A stretch of 57,549 nucleotides of DNA from a virus (lineage: Duplodnaviria; Caudoviricetes). Under the pieces are notes generated by a model. It had not been told where the DNA came from. It made no database searches and saw only the letters and a list, made by a program, of their open reading frames with translations. Position numbers and translations under genes: made by a program. Positions 8,967 through 19,184 of the stretch are shown here, piece by piece. Within the stretch, counting starts at the first letter, position 1, and each line of letters opens with the position of its first letter. The stretch is taken from positions 1 through 57,549 of IMG/VR virus record IMGVR_UViG_3300028025_000648; one strand, given 5' to 3'.

Positions 8967-11900
8967 TTATATCCTCCAGTGTTATTGTTCCATCTTTTGT
9001 TTTACCAAACTTAAACTTGTATGCCTTACCTTCTTCAAGGTGCATATAGGCCTTTGAGAAAGCAGTAGGGAATACTGTAATAGCGTGCAAGTCTCGACTT
9101 GTGTCTGCTAATGTTAGTGTTGCCATTTTCTTTCCTGCTTTAGTTACTCTTGGTTTAAAGGATACCACAAACATATCATCCTCTGTATAAGGTAACTGCT
9201 TATAACTTAAAAACTTTACGAGAGCATTATCTGAACCCTTGATATCTTCTACTGGGATGGCAGAAACAATCCTGTTGTCTGTAGCAAGTAGCAAATAGGT
9301 TTTACCTGTTTCGATAGTGCTTTGCTCATCGTCAAAGATTCCAACACTACCAGTCTTATCAAGCACTTCCACTCTTGACCAACCAGATCCTCTCTTAATT
9401 GCTTTGACCATACCCATAAGAATGTATGAACCTTTTTCTTCAAAGTCTTCAATATCATTTATAAATGCATAGTAATGAGAAGGAATTGTAATGTTAAACT
9501 CTGGAAGGTTTAGGTATTCATACAAGTTCTCTTTAATCTCAGCATCATTGCGTGGGTTATCTGGGAATGTTGCAGCACCGATAAGTCTTAAAGCACTAAG
9601 CGCTCTGCTATTTACACCATTTCCTTTTGTAAAAGTAAACTCTTCTAATTCTTTATATGATTTAAAAGGACGAGCAGCAATATACTTTTCAGCAATGTTG
9701 TCTGAGATAAACTTAATGGCTGTTAGTCCAAAGCGAATACCCTTGCCTTCAATCTTAAAGTCAGCATCTGAGTCATTGATATGTGGCAACTTGACAGGAA
9801 TACCCATACGCTTTGCCTCAATTAGATACTCAGTACGACCATCTTTGTCCTTCTCATTCTTAAGAAGGGCAAACATAAACTCTAGTGGGTAGTAGTATTT
9901 GAGCCACGCTGTCCAATACGAGAGAGTACTGTAAGCAACGGCATGCGACTTGTTGAACGAATACCCAGCATGCGCTTCAAAGTCGTGCCAAAGATCCAGA
10001 GCATCATTAGGGGCGATAAACTTACTAGCACCACTAATGAACCTATCCTTGAATACATCAAACTCTTTAGCATCCTTTTTCTTTCCAATGATTTTTCTAA
10101 CTTTATCTGCTTCCGACATGGACATACCGCCAAGGTGTACGCATGCTTGCATAACTTGTTCCTGGTATAAAACGCAACCATAAGTGTCTCCTGTAAACTC
10201 TTTCATAATTTGGTGAATGTAAGATACATTCTGCTTTCCGTGCTTACGTGCAATATAGTCTTTACCGATTGTGTTCATAGCACCAGGACGAACTAGAGCA
10301 TTTGATGCAGCAAGTTCAGCAAGATTCTTAACACCCATCTTGACTAGCAAGTTTGTATAGGGAGTTGCTTCACACTGGAAGACACCCTTTGTATATCCAT
10401 CAGATAGCATCTGGTACACATTGCTATCATCCATATTTAGAGATAGCAAATCAATATCTACAAAGTGATTTTCTTTAATCATATCAACTGTATCTTTGAG
10501 CACTGATAATGTCTTGAGTCCAAGTGCATCAATCTTGATCAGACCAATACGCTCTGCCTCTTCCATATCAACTCCTACAACTGGAATGCGCTCATCAGAG
10601 CCAGGAGCAGATCTTGTTTCCATAGGAGCAAATCTAAAGATAGGTTCCTTCGCTGTAACAACGCCTGCTGCGTGAATTCCTGTACCACGAATACGACCAC
10701 GAAGTTGTTCTCCGTAAATCTCTACTTCTGGATACTTCTCACGAAACTCTCTTGTTGATTTAGATGAACAGAAGTCATCCCAAGTATCTACAAGTTTAAG
10801 AACTTTGTTTACATCGGATAGAGGAATATTAAGAACTCGTGAAATATCTCTCACAATACCCTTACCTCTAAACTGTAAGAATGTAGCGATAGATGCTACG
10901 TGTCTATATTGTCTAACAAGATAATCTTTAACTTCATCACGACGAGAGTCTTGAATATCTGTATCAATATCAGGGAAGTCATTACGATCTGGGTTAATAA
11001 ATCGGAAGAACAGTAGTCCGTGTTCGATTGGATCAACATCTGTGATTCCAAGAGCATAACAAACCAAAGAGCCAGCAGCAGAACCACGACCAGGACCAAC
11101 CATAATATCTTCTTTCTTGGCCCAAGCAATCATGCTCTGTACTACAAGGAAGTATGGTCCAAACTTCTTACCATTAATAATCTCAAGTTCTTCATCTAGT
11201 CTGTCAAGATACTCTTGCTTATCTGCCAAACCTCTAGCCTTTAAACCTTCAAGAGATAGGGACCTTAGTTCCTTATCTGGGTTCTTATACTGTACTGGTA
11301 GTAGGTTTAATCCATCCTTAATGTCATAGTCTTCTACCTTATCAGTGATGACAAGTGTATTGGTATACATATCTTCTCTGACTATACCCTGCGATTCCAT
11401 CGCAAACTTCATCTCATCATAAGATAAAAGGTGAATATCAAACTTATTAAATGACATCTGTCGGTCTTCACCATACAGGTAGTCAAGTCGCTTCATCATT
11501 CCGTCTTGCTTCTTAGACTTGTCATAGGTAGTATCTTTTTGTACCTTTGCGTGAGAGTTCATAAGTAACTTAAACTCTTGGATTTCTTTTTGTGACTCGT
11601 CAACGTGGTGACAGTCTGGTGTTACTACAACTTCAACCTTAAACTCATCTGCAAGGTCTGCTAACTGCTTATTGACCTCTGCTCCATTGTGTGGCATTAA
11701 CTCCATATAGAAGTCATCTTTAAAGACTCTCTTAAACCATTCAATGTGCTTCTTTGCTTGAGCGTACTCTCCGTGCTCAATTGCCTTTGCAATGATACCG
11801 CTTAGACATCCAGATAAAACAATAATACCTTCGCTATACTTTTCGAGAATCTCAAAGTCAAAGCGTGGCTTACTGAAATATCCTTCAGTCCAAGCGATTT

Positions 11901-12231
11901 CATTAATCTTGTTTAGATTTTCTAAACCAAGTTGATCCTTAGCGAGAAGGATAATGTGATTATAGACCATATCAGTTGGTTCAGTCCTTTCAGACTTTGC
12001 CCTCTTATCAAATCTATCAGCACAAAAATATCCTTCTACGCCAAGAATAGGCTTTACACCTTTTGCTTTTGCAATTCGGTACAGTTCCCGATGCCCAGAT
12101 AAGGTTCCGTGATCCGTGATAGCCAATGCTGGCATACCAAGTTCAACTGCTCGGTCTACATATTCTTCTGGAGTAGCAACACCATCAAATAATGAATAGT
12201 GTGTGTGTACGTGTAAGCCTGTATAGTTCAT
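8956..12231 (-). CDS. dnaE: DNA polymerase III alpha subunit (family C) with PHP domain
   Basis: LHVHTHYSLFDG, TDHG, GRGSAAGS, PDIDTD, KIDALGL, YSFNKSHA; likely start MNYTG at 12231. Confidence 0.95.
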   Translation of the reverse strand: MNYTGLHVHTHYSLFDGVATPEEYVDRAVELGMPALAITDHGTLSGHRELYRIAKAKGVKPILGVEGYFCADRFDKRAKSERTEPTDMVYNHIILLAKDQLGLENLNKINEIAWTEGYFSKPRFDFEILEKYSEGIIVLSGCLSGIIAKAIEHGEYAQAKKHIEWFKRVFKDDFYMELMPHNGAEVNKQLADLADEFKVEVVVTPDCHHVDESQKEIQEFKLLMNSHAKVQKDTTYDKSKKQDGMMKRLDYLYGEDRQMSFNKFDIHLLSYDEMKFAMESQGIVREDMYTNTLVITDKVEDYDIKDGLNLLPVQYKNPDKELRSLSLEGLKARGLADKQEYLDRLDEELEIINGKKFGPYFLVVQSMIAWAKKEDIMVGPGRGSAAGSLVCYALGITDVDPIEHGLLFFRFINPDRNDFPDIDTDIQDSRRDEVKDYLVRQYRHVASIATFLQFRGKGIVRDISRVLNIPLSDVNKVLKLVDTWDDFCSSKSTREFREKYPEVEIYGEQLRGRIRGTGIHAAGVVTAKEPIFRFAPMETRSAPGSDERIPVVGVDMEEAERIGLIKIDALGLKTLSVLKDTVDMIKENHFVDIDLLSLNMDDSNVYQMLSDGYTKGVFQCEATPYTNLLVKMGVKNLAELAASNALVRPGAMNTIGKDYIARKHGKQNVSYIHQIMKEFTGDTYGCVLYQEQVMQACVHLGGMSMSEADKVRKIIGKKKDAKEFDVFKDRFISGASKFIAPNDALDLWHDFEAHAGYSFNKSHAVAYSTLSYWTAWLKYYYPLEFMFALLKNEKDKDGRTEYLIEAKRMGIPVKLPHINDSDADFKIEGKGIRFGLTAIKFISDNIAEKYIAARPFKSYKELEEFTFTKGNGVNSRALSALRLIGAATFPDNPRNDAEIKENLYEYLNLPEFNITIPSHYYAFINDIEDFEEKGSYILMGMVKAIKRGSGWSRVEVLDKTGSVGIFDDEQSTIETGKTYLLLATDNRIVSAIPVEDIKGSDNALVKFLSYKQLPYTEDDMFVVSFKPRVTKAGKKMATLTLADTSRDLHAITVFPTAFSKAYMHLEEGKAYKFKFGKTKDGTITLEDINAG

Positions 12232-12233
12232 TG

Positions 12234-12890
12234 TTACCAATCAGTGTTGGTAGCAGATGTCGCACTTGGACCATCGAAGCCCAAGTAGAACGCTTCTTGT
12301 TCAGCATATGGAATCTTCTTCAATGCTGACTCAAGTGGATAAGGCTTTACTTCTGACCAATCGAATGGCTCCTTATCTGGTGCTGATGGAATAAGTGTGT
12401 AATTAGTTTCAGTTCCCTGACCATTACGCTTTAACTTCCACTGCACATTTGAGATACTACCTGTTTCCATGGCGTACTCTTTAATTGTGTTGAATGATGA
12501 TTGCTTGCTGATACCCATTGACCAGATTGCAACATATGGTGCTTCGATACCGTCGTCAACAAGTACGTTGCAGTAGAAACGAAGACGTGCTCTCCAGCCA
12601 GCCTTTGGATCCTTACGGTGCATCTCTTCAGCCCAGTCACGGCCCTCTGAATCCATTGTGTCTACAGCCTTACGCTTGTAGTCCTTTGGATTTGTATGTT
12701 CCTTAACGACTAATGAAAGACCACGCTCTGGATTGTAGTTTGCTGAGTCTTCATCTAGTTCTTCAATAAAGCGAATCTTTACTGATTGACCATCGGCAAG
12801 TTTGAGCCACTTTACCTTTGGTGAGTTTTCGTCGTACTTTGGCTTGTCGAGCAGGGCATTAATGTTTTTGAGTCCCTTGATTACGCTCAT
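12234..12890 (-). CDS. Single-stranded DNA-binding protein (gp32-like)
   Basis: WLKLADGQSVKIRF, KRNGQGTETNY, acidic/aromatic C-terminus; lies between primase and polymerase. Confidence 0.65.
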   Translation of the reverse strand: MSVIKGLKNINALLDKPKYDENSPKVKWLKLADGQSVKIRFIEELDEDSANYNPERGLSLVVKEHTNPKDYKRKAVDTMDSEGRDWAEEMHRKDPKAGWRARLRFYCNVLVDDGIEAPYVAIWSMGISKQSSFNTIKEYAMETGSISNVQWKLKRNGQGTETNYTLIPSAPDKEPFDWSEVKPYPLESALKKIPYAEQEAFYLGFDGPSATSATNTDW

Positions 12891-12914
12891 ATTATTTCTC
12901 CTTTGTTGTTTATA

Positions 12915-13838
12915 TTAGTTTAGCATTGCTGATATAGATTTGTCAAACTGAAACTCTAATCCTTTAATAGCCTCATCATCCATATCCCCAATGTCTTTGT
13001 ATTTTTTATCTATTGTGATAACGCTGACTAATGAACCAAGTTTTTCAATTAACTTATCTTTCATTATTGCACCAGCCTCATCGTTGTCAGCAACAAGTAC
13101 AACATTGTTGAAGTACTTTTCTAATAGTTTCATTTGCGAAGCAGAAACATTAGCGCCCAGTGTTGCTACTGCTGGGAAACCTACTTGGTCTAATCGAATT
13201 GCATCAAAAGATGATTCGACTACATATATTGTACTAGAAGTCTTAACTCTGTGCAAGTTAAAAAGTATCTTTGACTTTGGAAGTCCTGGAGTATTTTTAA
13301 ACTCTTTGCCTTCTACTGATCGTCCAACAAACCCAATAGTTAAACCATCAGGAGAATGGACAGGTATAGTAACCATATCTTGCTTTTCTGAAAACCCTAA
13401 CGAGAATTTCTTCACTGAGTCTTCTGTAATGGATCGTCCAGTATAATAACGCATTGCCCTGGGCGATTCAAGTGCTTGATTATTCAAACGCTTGATGAGC
13501 AGTTCATCATACTGGACAAAATCAGGTGGTGCATACATTGCCTTTGCGACAATGCTTTCTATATTTGTTTCTGTTTCTTTACTCTTGATATAACGAACAG
13601 TCTCAAAGTATGTTCTGTTAGTCATATGCATAACAAACTCTTCCAAACCTTTTGTAGTTTGGCATCCAAAGCAAAAGAACAATCCACTATCTTTTGCTAC
13701 TTCTCCTGCAGGAGTTCTACTGTTGTTGTGATAAGGACAGAAGACAATAAAGTCATTACCAAACTCTGCCTCAATCTCAATACCTGCACCATTAAGAACT
13801 CTGCGAATCTGTTCTTCGCTATAGATGTTACTTGCCAT
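12915..13838 (-). CDS. dnaG: DNA primase (zinc finger + TOPRIM)
   Basis: CPYH...CFGC, GFVGR, VVESSFD, ADNDEAG, KDIGD; start MASNIY at 13838. Confidence 0.9.
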   Translation of the reverse strand: MASNIYSEEQIRRVLNGAGIEIEAEFGNDFIVFCPYHNNSRTPAGEVAKDSGLFFCFGCQTTKGLEEFVMHMTNRTYFETVRYIKSKETETNIESIVAKAMYAPPDFVQYDELLIKRLNNQALESPRAMRYYTGRSITEDSVKKFSLGFSEKQDMVTIPVHSPDGLTIGFVGRSVEGKEFKNTPGLPKSKILFNLHRVKTSSTIYVVESSFDAIRLDQVGFPAVATLGANVSASQMKLLEKYFNNVVLVADNDEAGAIMKDKLIEKLGSLVSVITIDKKYKDIGDMDDEAIKGLEFQFDKSISAMLN

Positions 13839-15051
13839 CTTCGTAATCCTTATATCGATAGTAGCCCTTATCAAAGTCTACCTGAACCAAGAAGTCACCC
13901 ATAAAACCATTACGATTCTTACGGAAGACACACTCAATAATATCACTATTAGTAGCACGACCTAGAGCAAGCAACCAGTCAGCATCATATGAAATCTGTC
14001 TAGACCATGCTGTCTGACCTAGTGTAGGTGCTGAAGCCAAGTCTTTCACATCATCAGGTGTAGCAGATGAGATAGCGATAATAGGTACTTCTTCGCTAAT
14101 AGACATCAGTTTAAGTTCACGAGAAAGGTTTTTCATCTTTACCGTTTCATTATCAGCACGCTGATTAGGACTCATCAACTGAAGGTAATCAACTACCACA
14201 AAGTCAGGCTTATACTGATCAATCTTTCCACGAATAACGGAAGGAGTTACCTCTCCCCCTGAGTCATTAGAAATAATATGGAACTCTGGTCGACCCTCTA
14301 CTTTGTTTGCATGCCACTTACGAAGCATATCAATTTCTACTTCACCATTTGAAAGTTTGCGGTGTGACCAAAGACCTTCACCCATAATTGCATAAACACG
14401 ATTACGAACTTCTGTCTCAGACATTTCAAGTGAGATAATCATTGGAGACTTACCTTGCTTCCAAGCCTGCACTGCAAAGTATAAAGCCATCCAAGATTTA
14501 CCAATACCAGGATACGCAAGGAATACGCCAAGTTGTCCAGGCATAATTCCTGCAGGCAAATAGTTGTCAAATCCTGGAAGACCAGTCTTAATTCCTACAG
14601 CGCCTAACTCATTTTGCTTAGCAACTCTTTCATAATAGGCAACAGCATCTTCAAGATCTGTGGCATCAATATCACGTATAGCAGCAGTATTCTTTTTTAG
14701 TTCTGATGTTTTAGTAATTAGATGTTCAAGTGCTTCTGTTCCATTGCCAGTCTGAACCTCACCTGCAGCATTACGAAGAAGATCTTTTAGGCTATCGTTT
14801 AGATATTCTGTTTGAAGTTCTGCAAGATGGTGCTTTGTTGAGCCTACACCAGTAACAGGTTCAAAGTCACGGAACTTCTCTCTCACTAAATCTGCTGGAG
14901 GAAGTGCCTGATTATTTTCAGAATATAGTCTGATAAAGTTCCAGACATCATTATGGGTTCTGAGTAATGTTTCAACATTTGCTTGTAGGAGTACGTGGAT
15001 CTGCTTATCTTCTAGTACTGCAGATATTACTTTTGCTTCTGTGTTATTCAC
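13828..15051 (-). CDS. dnaB: DnaB-like replicative helicase
   Basis: AYPGIGKS, SLEMS, VVVDYLQLM, KNRNG. Confidence 0.92.
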   Translation of the reverse strand: MNNTEAKVISAVLEDKQIHVLLQANVETLLRTHNDVWNFIRLYSENNQALPPADLVREKFRDFEPVTGVGSTKHHLAELQTEYLNDSLKDLLRNAAGEVQTGNGTEALEHLITKTSELKKNTAAIRDIDATDLEDAVAYYERVAKQNELGAVGIKTGLPGFDNYLPAGIMPGQLGVFLAYPGIGKSWMALYFAVQAWKQGKSPMIISLEMSETEVRNRVYAIMGEGLWSHRKLSNGEVEIDMLRKWHANKVEGRPEFHIISNDSGGEVTPSVIRGKIDQYKPDFVVVDYLQLMSPNQRADNETVKMKNLSRELKLMSISEEVPIIAISSATPDDVKDLASAPTLGQTAWSRQISYDADWLLALGRATNSDIIECVFRKNRNGFMGDFLVQVDFDKGYYRYKDYEDGK

Positions 15052-15352
15052 TGAGCCACTCCTTTGCTAATCGTCTACGCTCTTGTCGGTCTTTGTTGTC
15101 TTGCTCTACTTCTGCCTTGCCGTTAATTATTTTTTCTGCGTTGTAAGCAAAGTAATTCCAACTTGGCTCTTGTGCAATACCGAAATAGTATTCCAGAATA
15201 TCATAGCACTGTCCTATGCCGTATGATTCAATTAAACCATCTGCAGCCCACTGTTCTACATTTAGGTTCATGTTAGACTTTTGCTCGTATCTTTGCAAAT
15301 ACAATTTGTTGTATCGACTGAGCAAAGCCATTCGGTCTTTGCGTTCAGCCAC
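15044..15352 (-). CDS. Hypothetical protein (possible helicase loader)
   Basis: 102-aa ORF overlapping the dnaB start; function guessed from position only. Confidence 0.65.
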   Translation of the reverse strand: MAERKDRMALLSRYNKLYLQRYEQKSNMNLNVEQWAADGLIESYGIGQCYDILEYYFGIAQEPSWNYFAYNAEKIINGKAEVEQDNKDRQERRRLAKEWLSE

Positions 15353-15354
15353 GA

Positions 15355-15564
15355 TTAGCCTTCTGAGGCTTCTTCTTGTGCTTCTTTAATCTTAAGTGTA
15401 AGTTTGTCTTCTACAAACTTGTAGACACGCTCAAAAGCCTGATCTACTGTCTCGCCATTACGTGTACTATCTACAACGCCTAGGTCAAGTCTTAGTGACT
15501 GGAAGTTACCCAGATTAAGAGTATAGCCAAGTGTTACATTTACCTTTGTTGATTCGTTTTCCAT
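15355..15564 (-). CDS. Hypothetical phage protein
   Basis: VTLGYTLNLGNFQSLRLD pattern, 69 aa. Confidence 0.7.
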   Translation of the reverse strand: MENESTKVNVTLGYTLNLGNFQSLRLDLGVVDSTRNGETVDQAFERVYKFVEDKLTLKIKEAQEEASEG

Positions 15565-15584
15565 TATCCACCCATTTCATAGTT

Positions 15585-16127
15585 TTAAATATTTTCTGCC
15601 CATACAGGAATGAACCTGCCATCTTCTGTCTTCGTATATGTAAGTATACCGTCTCCCATTCGTCGTGTCAACTCTTGGCTTGTAGGCGTACTATTATTTG
15701 TTATTAATTTGTCTTTTCTTGGTTGCCCAATATGTATACTTGCAAGTATAGCACGTATCTCTTTTACTTGCGATTCTGAGTAATAAGATCTAATTTGAAA
15801 ACCAGTTTTACCATCAATTGAAGAACCTACAGGTGGAGGAATGACTCCTCGTTTAATTAAACTAGGCATATACTTGCGGTGTCTATTGACAAGTTTAGAA
15901 GTTTCTGCTACAGTGTATGCTCTTTCTCTATTTTTTCTAAAATCAGAACGCAGACACGTTTCCATTCTATCTTTATTAATGTTGTATACAGTCACCATTC
16001 CTGTTGACCTTGATGAGTGATGCAATCTAACTAAGTCCCCGTTTAAAAACCAAACCTTTTGGTTTCCTTTTATTACAGGCTCGTTATTGTATTGTTGGCT
16101 CTGGATCTTTCCTTTTGCAGTATCCAT
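15585..16127 (-). CDS. MerR-like HTH DNA-binding protein
   Basis: AYTVAETSKLVNRH...IKRGVIPPP...RSYYSESQV. Confidence 0.6.
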   Translation of the reverse strand: MDTAKGKIQSQQYNNEPVIKGNQKVWFLNGDLVRLHHSSRSTGMVTVYNINKDRMETCLRSDFRKNRERAYTVAETSKLVNRHRKYMPSLIKRGVIPPPVGSSIDGKTGFQIRSYYSESQVKEIRAILASIHIGQPRKDKLITNNSTPTSQELTRRMGDGILTYTKTEDGRFIPVWAENI

Positions 16128-16264
16128 CTACCTTGCTCACTTTCTGAAGGAGGGTGAAAAAATTCTCTTGAACCACAGTATAAGCAGAAAATCTCTAAAT
16201 GATCTACGCTTGTATACTGTCTGTCTACAAACATTCTCCCCCTGCATTTCTTGCATTTCACCAT
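16073..16264 (-). CDS. Small zinc-ribbon protein
   Basis: CKKCRG...CLYCG. Confidence 0.65.
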   Translation of the reverse strand: MVKCKKCRGRMFVDRQYTSVDHLEIFCLYCGSREFFHPPSESEQGRWILQKERSRANNTITSL

Positions 16265-16268
16265 GCTC

Positions 16269-16712
16269 TTAGTTTGGAATTCCGATAATAATTAAATTAA
16301 CGATAACAGATACATCTCCAGAAGCATTGAAACGAACAAGACCATTTACGCTTGATCTTGTGATGTCCGTAAGAACAACAGATACGTTTTCACCTGCAGA
16401 AGTCTTACCAGTATTAATTGGTGAGGCAGTTACAATAGGTGTGTACTTATAATCGCTTGGGAATGTATAACTAAATGTTTTAGTTGTAGATGCTGTTACG
16501 GTTGAGTTACTTGCAACAGTAATAGATCCACCAATCATTCTTGCTTCTGATGTTTTAATATTTTGTTTACCTGCAGAAACTGTATCAATAGTAGTATAGT
16601 TATATGTAGCAGTAGAAACCTGATCAGATAACTGGTTCAGGGCATTCGTAAGTTGATACAGATAACTAACATCTAGAGGTTGTCCTCTTTCTGGTAGTGG
16701 TACTTTAGCCAT
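16269..16712 (-). CDS. Minor tail/fibre-type protein with H-lectin/gp53-like C-terminus
   Basis: FSYTFPSDYKYTPIVTAS...VNLIIIG; GGAGG RBS. Confidence 0.5.
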   Translation of the reverse strand: MAKVPLPERGQPLDVSYLYQLTNALNQLSDQVSTATYNYTTIDTVSAGKQNIKTSEARMIGGSITVASNSTVTASTTKTFSYTFPSDYKYTPIVTASPINTGKTSAGENVSVVLTDITRSSVNGLVRFNASGDVSVIVNLIIIGIPN

Positions 16713-16729
16713 TTATTTCCTCCTAATTA

Positions 16730-16738
16730 ATTATACCA
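16730..16738 (-). promoter_or_regulatory. Extended -10 promoter TGGTATAAT
   Basis: Exact motif upstream of AGGAGG RBS. Confidence 0.7.
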
Positions 16739-16750
16739 AAGATAGGCTGC

Positions 16751-17179
16751 TTATGAGCCAATACTGATTGTTCCAGAGTCATAAATTACTAAAGACTCCT
16801 TGTACTCTTTTCTGGATGATTCTACTTGAACCACAACTCTTACAGATACAGTTCCTAAGTTTAAAAAGTTATAACTGTGAACTGTTGGGGTACCGTGATA
16901 AGTTAACGGATTTCCATCAAACGAAACCAAGACATCGTACTTTGGTCTATTATATTCATCTCCCCAGACGGCACTAACAGTCTTAACACCCAAAGTCACG
17001 TCACCATCTACTTCTTCAAATGGCAATGTATCAATAACATAAATTTGTGACCAGTGGGACGTTCTGTTTTTATCGTCTGATACAATTCTATATCTAATAT
17101 TGTAAGAACTAGTATCTGAAGACAGTGGTGGCAAGTCTGAACTTGGAATCACAATCTTTTTAATATTGGCATCGGCCAT
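16751..17179 (-). CDS. Putative minor tail protein
   Basis: Beta-rich YNIRYRIVS...RTSHWS; end of the tail-tip cluster. Confidence 0.55.
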   Translation of the reverse strand: MADANIKKIVIPSSDLPPLSSDTSSYNIRYRIVSDDKNRTSHWSQIYVIDTLPFEEVDGDVTLGVKTVSAVWGDEYNRPKYDVLVSFDGNPLTYHGTPTVHSYNFLNLGTVSVRVVVQVESSRKEYKESLVIYDSGTISIGS

Positions 17180-18699
17180 TATGTAACATCCAAGATAAAT
17201 CTAAACTCAATATAATTATTTGTGTTAGGATTTTTAATGATTGTTTCTGCTCCTGAGTTTTGAATAATTGAATATCCAGTCAGCCCGTATAGAGGATTTA
17301 CCGTTCCAACATTGTCAATTCTCATTGCATCAAGTGCTACAAAGTATCCAGATCTAGAAACTTCTGCTCCACCTACTGGAGAAACTGCAGCCGAAGATAC
17401 ATTTGTTGCGGTCTTGGCATAACTAAATGTATCTGTAGTGACACCTGTAATTGTGTATGTTCCATTGAATGTTGAATCTACACCTGTAACTGTAACTCTA
17501 TCCCCAGTTGTCATTCCATGGGCCGTGCTTGTTGTTAAAGTAGCAACATCTGAAGTAAGCGCTTTATTATTAATCTCAAACTCATTTAATGTGCTTGTGT
17601 ATATCTTAATAACACTAACAGTGTTCCAAGAAAATGTTGGGGTGTATACAAGTTCATCAAGTCTTTTTTCTACTACAACATATCTGTTTGAGGATAGTTG
17701 ATAATCTTCATTTCTTGCTTCTGCTTCCATTTTGGCAGATTGAGTTCCATCACTATTTACAAACTCAACTAGCACACGCACTACATCTGGAATAGTTGCA
17801 GCGTTGCCATCTACAGCAACAAGAGAAAATGCTATCTTAAGTAAGTCTGATGTGGAGTTTCTTGTAAGGTCAACTGTCTGTCCAGATAACTGAAGGATCT
17901 TTGGGTTTGAGCCAACTACAAAGTTTGTTCCGTTAGATGTGATATGTGATGTATTTCCACGTAGCATAAGTACGTTATTTAAATATCGACAACGCTCATA
18001 TCTGGCTGCTCTGGTTGTATTTAAAAATGCAGCATTGTTTGAGTTTGTCTGAATAGCATTAACTGTTGATGTAATAATATTAGATGCATCGATCAATGAG
18101 GTTGTAATCGTGGTTGGAGAAGATAGGGAAGACCCATCATTATACTTCCAGTTTTCTGTATCCGCAAAGGCTGAGATTGTTTTGCTATCGTAGGCTCCTG
18201 CATTAGAGTTTGATCCAGCAGAAAATACTCCTACTTCAGAAATCTCATATCGCTCTTCTGTGGGAAGTTCGCCTGTTAAAATAATCTTATTTAAACCATC
18301 TTCTTTAATATATCCTCTTGAAGAGATTGGGACTCTAAACATTTCAAAGTCTAAAACATTTGTTGCTGGGTCTGTCTGAATACCTATGGTTGCCCCTGAG
18401 AAAGCCACAGAAGGGGCATAGTTGACTGTAAAGGTAGAACTTGTAAGGATTGCTGTTACTATGGTGTCTCCTGATGCTGACAGGGTTCCTGTTCCAGATA
18501 CCTTCGTAATTTTGGCACCGACCCAGATTCCATTTGTGCTAGACACGGTGAAAGTTGTTCCAGAAGATGATGCTGTTCCAACGCTTGTAATATTTGGTCT
18601 TGGCTTAGCCCCACAACCTAAAGCAATGTATGACGCATAGGCTGGAGATGTCCCCATTAAATATTTTGCAATAATCTCTTTACCAGTATTAGTTATCAT
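17179..18699 (-). CDS. Tail tip/baseplate-type protein with inserted small beta domains
   Basis: MITNTGKEIIAKYL N-terminus; FCCH-like TTSTAHGMTTGDRVTVTGVDSTFNGTYTIT. Confidence 0.6.
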   Translation of the reverse strand: MITNTGKEIIAKYLMGTSPAYASYIALGCGAKPRPNITSVGTASSSGTTFTVSSTNGIWVGAKITKVSGTGTLSASGDTIVTAILTSSTFTVNYAPSVAFSGATIGIQTDPATNVLDFEMFRVPISSRGYIKEDGLNKIILTGELPTEERYEISEVGVFSAGSNSNAGAYDSKTISAFADTENWKYNDGSSLSSPTTITTSLIDASNIITSTVNAIQTNSNNAAFLNTTRAARYERCRYLNNVLMLRGNTSHITSNGTNFVVGSNPKILQLSGQTVDLTRNSTSDLLKIAFSLVAVDGNAATIPDVVRVLVEFVNSDGTQSAKMEAEARNEDYQLSSNRYVVVEKRLDELVYTPTFSWNTVSVIKIYTSTLNEFEINNKALTSDVATLTTSTAHGMTTGDRVTVTGVDSTFNGTYTITGVTTDTFSYAKTATNVSSAAVSPVGGAEVSRSGYFVALDAMRIDNVGTVNPLYGLTGYSIIQNSGAETIIKNPNTNNYIEFRFILDVT

Positions 18700-19181
18700 T
18701 ATTTACCTACCTCATATATTGTACCATTAATCGTGATCTGAATGTCAACCTGCTCATCAGCCTCAAGATTAACAAACTCAAGAACTAAAGCGTTTGAATC
18801 ATCTAGATATACGTTTGAGCCTGCAGGACCATTTCCAATGGTAGGAACCTTATCATCTAACTTAATTGGAAAGTTAGCAAAATATTTATCGGATGTATCT
18901 TGAATTCTAACAAGATTATTTGGGTTATATTCTTCCTGAATAATCTTAAGGTTTTTGATTGGCTGATACTTTACATCCTGACCATTTACAGTATCATATC
19001 TAGCAATTGTAAGAAGTTCTTGTCCACCAATATTTTCAAAAAGTAAATCAACAATGACTTCTGCATTGTCGACAATTGATGCATCGTCAAATTGAATGAT
19101 GTCAGGTGTTGCTGATTTGACACTATTGTTTCTTGCAGTGGCTGTAGTAATGAATGATGTTGGAGGTGTTGCTTCTACCAT
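18699..19181 (-). CDS. Putative minor tail protein
   Basis: 160 aa, translationally coupled within the tail cluster. Confidence 0.55.
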   Translation of the reverse strand: MVEATPPTSFITTATARNNSVKSATPDIIQFDDASIVDNAEVIVDLLFENIGGQELLTIARYDTVNGQDVKYQPIKNLKIIQEEYNPNNLVRIQDTSDKYFANFPIKLDDKVPTIGNGPAGSNVYLDDSNALVLEFVNLEADEQVDIQITINGTIYEVGK

Positions 19182-19184
19182 CTT

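Noticed and set aside
8956-12231. Intein or intron in dnaE (also checked terL, dnaB, nrdJ)
   Set aside because: Protein lengths are normal and no splicing or homing-endonuclease motifs were seen
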